From Octopus bimaculoides (Eukaryota), in contig NC_068982.1 in NCBI RefSeq assembly GCF_001194135.2, positions 126,831,911 to 126,895,910 of the forward strand: 64,000 nt of DNA, read 5' to 3'. Below the pieces are notes generated by a model that made no database searches, was not told the origin of the DNA, and worked only from the letters and a program-made list of their open reading frames with translations. Of this stretch, positions 39,201 to 50,400 are shown piece after piece (within the stretch, counting starts at the first letter, position 1; the number at the start of each line of letters is the position of its first letter). Both the position numbers and the translations under genes were made by a program.

Positions 39201-39653
39201 TCATTGAGTTTGGTTTGATTTCGATTTTGATTTCAATATCAATTTTTTCAAGCTATCTCTTTCTCCCAGTCTATTTTATCCTCTAACAGTTATAAGTACT
39301 ACTTGTCTTTGTACTTGGAAAAAGAGAGTTATTAAAGTTCATTAAAGCTATTTCTTTATCCTGTTGTTTTGAATTATGCCTACATGCATCTTTGTGTTTC
39401 TTCTGAATGTAAAAAAATGGAAATTGATAAATCTTACAGACATTACGTGCTAGAGAGAATTAATTTCAGTGTCTGATATGTGCAAAGTTAAGAAATGGGC
39501 ATGTTTACATGTCTGTTATAACAGACTTGTTAGATATTCATTATAAAATTTTGCTGTTTTATGGTAATTATTTTCAAATGAAAATACCAGGATGTATGAA
39601 GTAATTCTGTGGTTGTTTATTGACATATTTCAATAATTGTTTACTTTAACTAG

Positions 39654-39781
39654 AAAATTGAGAAGAAATATGCTACCAATTCAGAATTTACAACATTACA
39701 GAAAATGATTACATGGGAATTAGAAGCCAATGAACAACATTTATCAAATTCTGTTGCAGTTGCTGTATTATGGATGAAAAG
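39654..39781 (+). CDS. PLEKHA8: PLEKHA8-like exon, GLTP domain (LWxKR motif)
   Basis: actag|AAA...AAAAG|gtatgt; phase 0 to 2; KIEKKYATNSEFTTLQKMITWELEANEQHLSNSVAVAVLWMKR. Confidence 0.92.
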
Positions 39782-40380
39782 GTATGTTATTAAAAATCAC
39801 GCTGCTTTATATAATTGCATATTGCTTGAAGCGTTTTACTTGACTGACATAGAATTAATGTTGTCATTTTGAACATTACTTGAGTAAACATACACTAAAC
39901 CATCAAGAGATATAACTCGATTACCTTATTTGTTTTACACTGTTTTGTGGGTTTCCTTTTTATCATTGAAGCTATGGGTACAGGTATACGTATGTGATTA
40001 AGAAGTTTACTTTGTAGCTGTATAATTCCAGATTCAATGTTACTGATATCGTGGGTAAAATGCCTTCTACTATAGTCTTAGAAACTGCAGAAGCCTGTTA
40101 CATCCATATGCATATGTCTGTATATGTATCTCTGTATTTGACACAACTTTAAGTGCACCTTAGTGGTTACGAGTAAAATAAGAATCTGACTAAAATGAGT
40201 CCTGGAATTGATGTGATTTGACTAAAAACTCTTTCATTGTTGCAGTCCAGTGACTGAAACCAGAATAAAAGGAATGTATTACTAGTTAATTTAAAATATC
40301 GGTTAGCTAACTATATCTTCCTCTTAAGATGTGAATTTTATATTACAAACAATGATGAATGCCTACCCTTTCTTTTCTAT

Positions 40381-40743
40381 ACGTTGGTCCCGTGCCGGTG
40401 GCACATAAAATGCACCATTTGAGCGCGATCGTTTCCAGCTTCGCCTTACTGGCATTTGTGCCAGTGGCATGTGAACAAAACATTGGCAGACTCCTGTGCA
40501 GGTGGCACATAAAAAGACACCATTTGAACATGGCCGTTGCCAGTACTGCCGGACTGGCCCTAGTGCCGGTGGCATGTAAAAAGCACCCACTAGACTCTCG
40601 GAGTGGTTGGTGTTAGGAAGGGCATCCAGCTGTAGAAACTCTGCCAGATCAGATTGGAGTCTGGTGTAGCCATCCGCTTCGCCAGTCCCCAGTCAAATCG
40701 TCCAACCCATGCTAGCATGGAAAGTGGACGTTAAATGATGATG
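40381..40743 (+). mobile_element. SINE family C
   Basis: Inverted relative to the 30960 and 38775 copies. Other copies near 2560-2660, 7830-8040, 10390-10830, 14268-14450, 16590-16858, 17385-17547, 35270-35560, 51890-52332 and 56222-56365. Confidence 0.88.
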
Positions 40744-40784
40744 TGCACTACTTCTATTCTCAGTATTCATTATCAAGGTGCAGG

Positions 40785-41190
40785 TGTGGCTGTGTGATTG
40801 AGAAGCTTGCTTCCTTATCATGTGGTCTAGGGTTCTGTCCGATGGCATGGAAGCTTGAACAGGTGTCTCCTACTGTAGCCCAGGGTCAACCAAAGCATTG
40901 TGAGTGGATTTGGAAGATGTAAACTGAAAGAAGCCTGTTGTATGTAGGTGTGCAGGTTTGCATGCATCCTTGTCTTGACATAAGGTGATAATTGTAAACG
41001 AGCATCACCATCATACAAGCGATGTTGTTTGTTTCCAGTTTTGTACAGAAGAATGCTCAACTGTGTGGAAATATTGCCTTATTTAGAAACGGGTGAGGGT
41101 TGGTGACAGGAAGGGTATCCAACCATAGAAAATCTACCTCAGCAAATTCTGTTTGACTCGTGCAAGCATGGAAAAGTGGACGCTAAACTA
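40785..41190 (+). mobile_element. Chimeric SINE: family A head with family C-type tail
   Basis: A-type head and body, then gggttggtgacaggaagggtatcca ... gcaagcatggaaaagtggacg; related copies at 32410-32715 and 60950-61265. Confidence 0.7.
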
Positions 41191-41450
41191 CGAGGATCAA
41201 CAATACAGTTACTCAGCCTGTTGTGGAAGTTTGTAAAGATAATAGGAAGTGATTTGGAGGGAGAGAAAAATTTCCTTCACACCATCTGCTACTGGCATAA
41301 AAATGGAAAGAATCGTTAAATTATATAATCTTATATATATTATCATTTTATTCTGTCATTTCAACTTTGATGAATGGACATAAAATGTCAGTGTAGTTAA
41401 ATGCCATTAGAAGGAGAGGTTAATGAAGGAGATAAAAGAAAATAAATGAA

Positions 41451-41816
41451 AACGAGCGCTCAGAGTGCAAACCTATGCTAAGGCAATACCAACTTCCTTT
41501 CGATGATTAGCCAGAGATGATTTTTAAAATGAGAATATCTGAAATAAACTAGACTGCTCTCACAAACAAGAATAGTAAAAATGAACCTGACTGCACTCAA
41601 AAATTAAGTAAAAAAAAAAAAACCAGAAAAATAATCCAGAATCCATGTCCAGTACTGGATTGATCCCAAAATTTAATCAGTTTGTAGCAGCCATGAGGCC
41701 AAACATCCCTGAAAGTTTCATCCGAATCCATCCAGCAGTTCTTGAGATATCTTGTCCCTGCACAAACAAACATGACTGAAAACAATACCTCTGCCTTCGC
41801 TAAGGCAGAGGTAATA
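41451..41816 (-). mobile_element. Non-autonomous Helentron/DINE-1-like element
   Basis: Terminal perfect 12-bp hairpin tacctctgcctt-cgct-aaggcagaggta (41786-41813), short gttt repeats, and a partial copy of the hairpin arm near the other end; typical layout of these elements. Confidence 0.65.
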
Positions 41817-41945
41817 AAGGCAGTAAAGTACTAGAAAGTATAAAGTTTAATTTAAAAGTTGTCATCTTTATATTGGTGCTTATATCAACTTTGTAGGAAA
41901 TTGAATTATATCTTCAGGGAGAATAATTGACATATTCTGTTGCAG

Positions 41946-42078
41946 GGCTTTAGAATTTATTCGAGAATTCATATCTGAAATTCACAATGGCAAGGCTGAT
42001 TTGAGTGAAGCAACAACAGAAGCTTATAATAGAACCTTGAAACCTTTCCATACGAGGTTTGCCCGTAGTATATTTGGT
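41946..42078 (+). CDS. PLEKHA8: PLEKHA8-like exon, GLTP domain
   Basis: ttgcag|G...GGT|gtaagt; phase 2 to 0; ALEFIREFISEIHNGKADLSEATTEAYNRTLKPFHTRFARSIFG. Confidence 0.92.
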
Positions 42079-42587
42079 GTAAGTATTTTTAGTTTTTTGT
42101 TTATTAGCTCAAAATAAGAGGGGCAGTGATCATATGTATTTTAAGGTTTCTCAGTTAGGAATTCAGTAGAAGTTATATAGATCGGTCAGTTGGTGAAAGA
42201 AACTTTTTTTCTTTTAATCGTATCTATTGTAGCATTATCATCACTCACTTATCCAAATTTATCAGATGCATGTGTAGCAACAGGAAGGGCATCCAGCCAT
42301 AGAAAATCTGCTTCAACATGTTCCTTCTGACCCACGCAAGATGGAAAAGTGGATGTTAAAACGATATGCAGTTTGAATATCCATGTGTATTTTGTGTGTT
42401 TGTATTTGCCATACATGCTTAATATATTCATTGTATAAACAGTATATTATTAATATACACTGTGTTTAATATCTCTATATTTTGTAATGTATATGTGCAG
42501 TTTGTTGTCCTATTTATTCTGTAGGAGTTCAGAATAATGTTTGGGTAGAAAATATATGATAGAAACACTCCCTATATTTATTTTTAA

Positions 42588-43021
42588 TCCTTTAGCATTC
42601 TTATTTCTTTACTGCCCACAAGGGGCTAAACATAGAGGGGACAAACAAGGGCAGACAAAGGGGTTAAGCTGATTACATCGACCCCAGTGCATAACTGGTA
42701 CTTAATTTATCGACCCCGAAGCAAAGTCGACCTCGGCGGAATTTGAACTCAGAACGTAACGGTAGACGAAATACCGCTAAGCATTATCGCCCGGTGTGCT
42801 AACGTTTCTGCCAGGCTTTAGCATTCTGATTACTGTTACATGTAATGCTTATTTATCCACTTTGTTTTGAATTAATCATGCATTATCTCTAAGCTACTAG
42901 GTATTGCATATGTTTATTTTTAAGACACGGTCAGGTAAATGTGAGGCCAGACCTGGCCAGTTTGAACATAGAACAGGTTGAATACTTGAACTAGATCTAA
43001 TCAGTTTAAATGTTAAAATGG
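42588..43021. mobile_element. TTAA-type MITE interrupted by a SINE
   Basis: ttaa|tcctttagcattc start; MITE body resumes at 42816; SINE between duplicated ctttagcattct. Confidence 0.8.
42602..42815 (-). mobile_element. tRNA-derived SINE, family B, with 12-bp TSD
   Basis: Reverse complement of the family B sequence, flanked by ctttagcattct at 42590-42601 and 42816-42827. Confidence 0.92.
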
Positions 43022-43277
43022 TCAAGGGAGTTTAAATTCATCAATTTGTCCAGCTATTACTTCAAATTTTGTGATATACCTGAAGTTTTACTTTATATTC
43101 TTCTACCATGAAATTTGTATGAAAAATTAAAATTATGGTACCAATGTAATATTTTTTGATATCAATAGCAAAAGTATATTCCCAATGTTATCTGTCTTGT
43201 TCTAGTAAAATCTTAATTATAAATATTGTTTTTATTTATTTATTTATTAATTAATTTTGCTTTTATCTTCCATAAAG

Positions 43278-43475
43278 GTTGCTATGAGAGCCATTCCAAC
43301 TCGTGATATGTTTCTAGCTCAATTACATTCTATTAGCTATCCAGTCCCAAAAGAGGATATTGACCGAATACTTGACCATCATATGGTAACATTTATAAAT
43401 TCTCTGAAACCAATTATTCAATCCATAAATGACTTTTACTGTGCCAATAATCTTGATTCAGAAGAACAAGTGTGA
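43278..43475 (+). CDS. PLEKHA8: PLEKHA8-like last coding exon
   Basis: ataaag|GTT...GTG TGA; VAMRAIPTRDMFLAQL...NNLDSEEQV*, similar to the FAPP2 C-terminus. Confidence 0.92.
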   Translation, partial: VAMRAIPTRDMFLAQLHSISYPVPKEDIDRILDHHMVTFINSLKPIIQSINDFYCANNLDSEEQV

Positions 43476-43835
43476 GCAGACTGAAAAGAACAACCCCCAC
43501 CCACCAAAAAAAACAAAACAAAACTAAAAAAACACAACCACGAATTGATGAAAACAAAACACTTTTAAACATCCTTTTAAACTGGAAAAATATATACCTG
43601 TATGTATGTTTGTATATATGTATACATGATGTGTGCATACCCTTATGTGCATATGTATATATAAGGATTTACAGATTTATCTTTGTTCTCACTCTTTTGA
43701 GTTGGTGCAGCGATATTATAATGGACAAGTCTTGTTACAGCTTTTTTTTTTTTCTTGTTTGCTTCTTATAATTTTCTTTCTTTCAATGTGATACTGGAAA
43801 GATTGAATCTATAAACCAAACCCTCTTGGTGGATG

Positions 43836-43868
<33 letters not shown>

Positions 43869-46650
43869 AAGCCCAGTGATAAAATGGTGGTCCTCTGTAA
43901 TAAGAAGTATTCATTTGTATAATTTCTCCTTTTTTTTCTTTTTCTGAGTTTGAAAGATTTTATTTATTTTTTTCTGAATGGCTCTGATTGTGTTGAAAGT
44001 ATGCCCTGCACTATAAGGAAGTATATATGTGAAATATCTAGGGGTGCATCATCCATAGATTAGGAAGTCCTTGCCATTGAATATAAATTATCAATCATTT
44101 GTATCTTGGAAAATATACTAAAGCTTTCTAGTCCTTTCAAGAATATCTTATCACATTCCAAACAACTTTCTAGAAAATCCTGATTGTACAAATTTACTCC
44201 TTCTCGATTTACAACTTTGCTGGAATTGTAATAGTTAAGACAAAATAGTTTGACATTTTCATTCTGACATTTATTGTCAAAGGAAAAGTATATTGATTTT
44301 GTACTGTTTATAATATTAAACAAATATAGTAGATATCTTTTGCTTTTCAAAAGTGTTCTGAAAAATTTTCTCTACCACACTAGAAACTTGCGTTGTGCAT
44401 TCCCAACCTATTTTGGGTACGTTTTCATTTCTTTAATGCTTCATTCTTTTTATATTTCTAATATTCTTTTAAATTTAGATATACTTTATGTATCATAATT
44501 TAAGTATACATATTAGTAGAATACTAAATAAATTTCATCAAAAATTATTTTACTTTTCAACTAAATTTATAGTCACCAAATTCTATAGTTAGCTGTTAAC
44601 TTTTCTCTTTTTAACTACTTCATCAATCCTAAAGGGTCATAGATATTACATAAATTTATATTCATTATTTAAATCATAATATCCTAAGCTGGAAATATTT
44701 TAGCATGAAATATCAGATCATGACAGCAAATCTTAGTCTTGAATCAATAGAGCCTGGCTGTTTCAATGGTACATATGAATTGCTTGATGTACTTCTTATT
44801 CTCTTCACAGAATTAGATAGAAAAAACCTCCAACTGCATTTGCAAATGTAATATATTAATTGCCTGCTTATTTATCAATGTTTTAATCATTCAAAACTTT
44901 GATTTCTGAAATATTAAACAAAAAATTCAGAGATTTCATGTGACATTTTTCATTTCTAAGATGAGTTGCTATTTGAAATATTTTTATAAAAAGTTTTACA
45001 TTAAAAATATTTTTTTAGAAAACCTAAAGATTTTATTGTTTCCCTTCTTTTAACTGTTGGCGTCTCCTCACCTTCCTTGAAATATATTTTGTCTGTTTTC
45101 TTTTCCAAATGTCTAGATCCCTTTAGTTTCCTTCCTCACTTTGCCCTTCATCATGAACAAATTAAAATTTTTTCCCGATTAAGTTTACCAGAACATTTTG
45201 TCATAGTATTATATTTCTACACATTTCCATGGTTCTGTCTTTATGAACAAAGTTTTTATTATTATTTATCAAACAATAATTGAAAGCAAAAGAACAATAA
45301 ATTACATGAACTGTTAATTGCTGTGTAGACTTTGACTAATGTTAATTAATAATCGACTACTTTGTGGATAATAATTTTATTCTCCGTATGAGTTTTGTGG
45401 ATGTTGGAGAATTAATCAATTTTCTAAAGATTTGTCTTCCATCCTTATAAATCAGAATTGATTCTCAAACATTTATCCAGAATTCTAATTCAGAAGAGAA
45501 ACTAGAATTTCAAATTAGGCGAAAGCAGTTTCTGAATTATTTGGTAGTTTAGAAATTATCAAGTATGGTTTCAGTCTGGTTTGTTGACTTGAAAACAATG
45601 TCAAAATGTAGTTTATGGAAAAATCTATTCCAAAATTATTGACACAGGCTGGATGTCTTCCATATTCTCGTGTTTGTTCTTTCAGCTAATATCAACTTAA
45701 ATAGTGTAATAACTATATCATTTGTAGTAAGAAAACTTTCTTTATACTATGAAAGTGACTATTAAAACAAAAACACAGACATATCTGATTTTTTTCTTTT
45801 TTTTTTTGTAGCATTTGCTGTTGAAATAACAAATAATTAAAATCTTAGAGAAAATTGAAAAGTCATAGCATTTGGAGAATATTTCTTTTTTTAAATCATT
45901 AAAGAATATGCAGAGATTGCATCAAAATATTGCATGTGAGATGGACGTTAAATGAGGATAATGTAGTCAGCTTGTAACTTTGTGTTGAGTTTGGCAGCCA
46001 AAGTTTAATTTGTTGAAAGGATTTAAACTCGTATTAGAAAAAGCAAAAGTTAATTTACAGTGGGTCCAATGATAGATAAATTACATATCCCATTAATTAC
46101 AGGATTGTTGTAACGCTGTTCTGTTATGTCTTTCAAACAAGCTTGGGTTGCTGCTATTCAAGGGAATATTGAGGTTATTGAGATTTACGTACATCTGCCC
46201 TTAAAAACATAACTAGTACTTAGAAGATTCTTTTGGGATTCTCAGCCATACTGTTGTCTCTTGCTTGAAGAGGCTGGGAAACACCAAAGTTATCCTTAGC
46301 GAGATCTGAACTTAGAATGTAAAGTTCTGGAACTAAATAGGTCCTCTATTCAGTTCATTTGACTAAAATTCTTCAAGAAGGTACCCAAACATGGCTGCTG
46401 TCTAATGACTGAAACAGGTAAGATAAATACCAGAAGGTATTTTGTCTGATATTCTCCTGATTCTGCCTATTCACTTCCTAATAGTTAGGTACTGTGAGAA
46501 TAGGTAATTCTATACAAAGTAATAGAAACAAGACTGAAATATGTTATCAAATGGTGATAAAGTGTATGTAACCGATCTGAAGTACTGTACCCCATGATAC
46601 AGATTTAGTTAATTTATTTTCTGAAGTGTATTCAGTATTTGCTATTTTAA

Positions 46651-46860
46651 TCCTTTAGCATTCAGATTACTCTGTTAAATGTAATTCTTATTTATTCACA
46701 TTGTTTTGAATTAATCATGCATTATCTTGAAGCCTCAAAATTTCAATGTGATTGTTTATTTTTGCACTGAAGGGTATGTGTGAAAGGCAAGACATGGCCA
46801 GTTTGAATACAAAGCAGGTAGAATATTTTGGCTGGATGTGGCCAGTTCAAATGCTAAAGT
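46651..46860. mobile_element. TTAA-type MITE
   Basis: ttaa|tcctttagcattcagattactc ... aatgctaaagt|ttaa; TTAA on both sides. Confidence 0.8.
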
Positions 46861-47134
46861 TTAAGTTAATATGTTAGACATATGATCTGGAATAATGAAT
46901 AAATTTTTAGTTGTTTTAAATCTCTTGTATTTTTTATCAGCCTCTTATGATTTTTGCTAGATAAAATAACCAATGCTCAGAAACAAAAGGAACAGGTTTC
47001 ATTTTGAAATAATTTAGTCATAACAATAATCATAAGTTTTTGGCTGGCTAAAACAATTTTTCTCAACCATTTCCTAGTCAAACTAAAGGGCTACAATTAG
47101 TAAATGAATTCACATACAGCTTTTTTGAAAATAG

Positions 47135-47172
<38 letters not shown>

Positions 47173-47433
47173 AGTATTATAGTTCGCTTGAAGCATTGTG
47201 TATTGTTTGTAAAGAATAAAAAGTTTAGAATGGTACAACAATGCACTATAAAACAAAAAATGGACTATATACCTGTTGTAATTTGGTTATCTATAGTCCG
47301 ATGATATTTCAGAATTACAATTCCTTCTTCAGATCTTCATCATCATCATCATCATCATCTTCTGAGATGGATAATTGTATCAAGGACCTATAAACCTTTA
47401 AGGGATGCTATCATCCTAGTTCTTCTTCTCATT

Positions 47434-47482
<49 letters not shown>

Positions 47483-50400
47483 TTCACTCCTGTAAGAACA
47501 AAGAAAGTTATTTTCTTAGTATGTATTACTTTATTCATTAACTTTTGGTCTATGAAGTTTAGTAGAATTGTGAAACAAAGCTCTTTTTTTTAATTGTTCT
47601 GCACAGACTTGCTTAATGAATTCAGTGGGAAGGCTGCAAGGATTATATTTATGGGCAGGAATAATAAAAAGAAAGGATTCCAAATGGCAGTCAGTTAGGT
47701 TGAGGAGATTTAAGTTACATAATCACAAATTTCAGCCAATAATGTGGTTCAAGCCATAGCTAACAGTGAAGCATCATATTGTGTGTATCATACATATATT
47801 TTGAAAAGGTCTGTTCTTGTTAGAAACATTCATGATGTCAGTATTGTTTGAAATGTGCTTTAGGGGGCCATTCTTTTCCTTCCACTTCATGTGTAGCTAC
47901 TAATTAAAGATTTCTCTAGTTGATTACATGGCATGTTTTCATCCAATGGAAATGTGTAGTACTACTAACTCAAATATTTCAAACAAACATGGAAAAATCA
48001 GTATTATGTTGATGAAGTATCAATGTTATACGTATGGGCGATTTTTTTTTTTTTTTTTTTTTAAATTTTTTTTTTTTTAACTTGCCTGAGAGTATTGCAT
48101 TCTGTTCCATTTGATTCGTTAATTTTCCCCACATTATGGCTTTATAGTGTTTTGTCTTTTCAAGGAGGAGCACAATGTATTTTTCTAATTTGATTTTCAT
48201 CTTGCATCCTTGCACAATCAGTGAGAGGTTGTCCATAAATTCAACTTTTCTATAGAATACCACTGTTCAGTCTTTCCGATTCTGACTTCAAGCAGTTGTA
48301 GTATTTTTTTGTAATTGCTATTTGTTCAGTCATTCAAATGTGTGTAGTTGTATATATGCTAATTGTATGTAGGTGTTTGTATATACAGAAGTATGTAAGT
48401 GTACATGGACATAGTAATGCCCTATCTTTATGATATTCCTTTTCAATGTAAAAGAAATATAATAAAAATGCAAAGTGATGACCCATGTATGTATTATTTT
48501 GGATAATGGTTAACATTGGCTTTATTTATTCAATAACTTTAAGTTGTATTCTGTCTGGAAACTTTTGTCTATCTACAACTTGCGGTCAATATTTGAAGGT
48601 TGGTGAGGAGCAGTTAAATTTAAGGGAAAATAGGAAATAGCCCATCTTCAGCTGCTTAAATATAGACCTTAAGAGTTGCAGCATTATATATTATAGCAAC
48701 CTAAAATTTTTCATTATATTCATTAACAGACTTTTATCTTCAAGGAGAAAAAATAAATGCATGCGAGATAATTTTTAAAGACTTTTTTTTTCTTTTGATA
48801 ACAGAAAAAAAAAATTCTTTATTTTTGGTTGACTTTTAAGGTTAGCCTATTATTTTTGTATGGTTATGAATTAATGGTACTGATATATATGTGACATTGC
48901 TTACTGTAAATGTCTTTGACTTCTGTACTTCATGGTAATGACTTGTTATATTGACATAAGACCACAGGGGAAAGATAAGCAGTTTGAGCTGACTCAGTAT
49001 ATGACTGGTATTTGTTGACAAGGGTGGGATGAAAGGTAGTCAATCCTTGATGGTAATTGAACTCAAAACTGCAGAAACAAAGCTAAATACTGTAAGGCAC
49101 TTAGATGCCATTTTGCCATTCCATTGCTGTTTTTCATTTTTTTTTTAATAATTGTTTTTTTTTGTTCTTTTTTTTTTCAAAGAAAATCTTTTCATGTAAG
49201 GAGAAAAGAGCTTTTAACATGGAGTCGACAAATTCACTCTCTTTACATATCAGGCATTTCTAATTTCTCTTACACATGACTACTACTTTCACATTTTCAC
49301 TGGGGTTTATTTCATTACATTTTCTAAGCCAGTCAGCAGAAGTAGCAAATGCAAATTATATTATATTTTATCCTAAATTAATCAAGTTTAACTTAAGAGA
49401 ATTCATGTCTACTTAGAAAAGCATTTTTTTTTTTTTGTATTTTTTTCATAAATAATTTCTCACTTATTTAAAAAAAAAATATTTCTTGAATTCATTATTT
49501 CACTCTCAATTCTATGTTGTATGAAGCATAGAGTAGTAACTCAAGCTCTTGATATGAATGTGATTTTCCATCATACTGATCCTTTTAAAACAGTATTTCT
49601 CTCTCTACATATCTCTCTCTTATTTTCTTATTTCCTTTTTTAATTTTTTTTAAACCAGCAAAATGTTTCTTATATTTGGTGAGCGTTTAGTGTAATAGCA
49701 TATGCAACAAATTTATCTTTTCATTTTATTTAACTTAAACCCCTCCAAGTTTTACTTGTTTCAGCCATAGTCTTTGGCACCAGCATAGTATAAGAAAAGC
49801 TAAATAAAATTTGATGTACAAAATAGTTTTTGTGTGTGTATGAGAGAGAGAAAGAGAGTATAGAATGTAATGGTTAATTTCCTTTTAGAGGAAAGGAAAC
49901 AAAAAAAAAGGAATTTTTGTCAAATTGTAAATAAACAACGTTGTGGCTTTATGTTAAAGCCCTTGTTTCTGAGTTGAACTTTTTGTAGTGGGAAAAACTT
50001 TGTCCACTATGGTGAAGCAAACTACTATGCGTATGTATATATGTGTGTGTGTGTGTGTGTGTATATATATAAATATATATGTTTCATATTGTAGTTATTT
50101 CTTTGGAAATGTGCTTCCTTAGCTGAATTTTTTTTTTTTGTATTAAAAAAAGTCAGTTTCACTAATTCAATTATGCATACATACATACATACATACACTT
50201 CTCACCTTGTACATAAAATATTTCATTAATAATAACAATAATAATGATTGTATTATATTATTTAGCAAGCACCATAAAGTAGAGGTAAGCTCCTAGTGGG
50301 CAGTCCTTGACCTGAGTTTGATTCTTAATTGTAACCATTTTACTCCAGTTTTGCCACTAATGCCTTGAGCAGGCATGAATGTCAAAAACTTCCCATCTCT

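Noticed and set aside
44060-44498. Two overlapping AT-rich ORFs downstream of PLEKHA8
   Set aside because: No domain motif or supported splice sites; such ORFs arise by chance or from decayed repeats.
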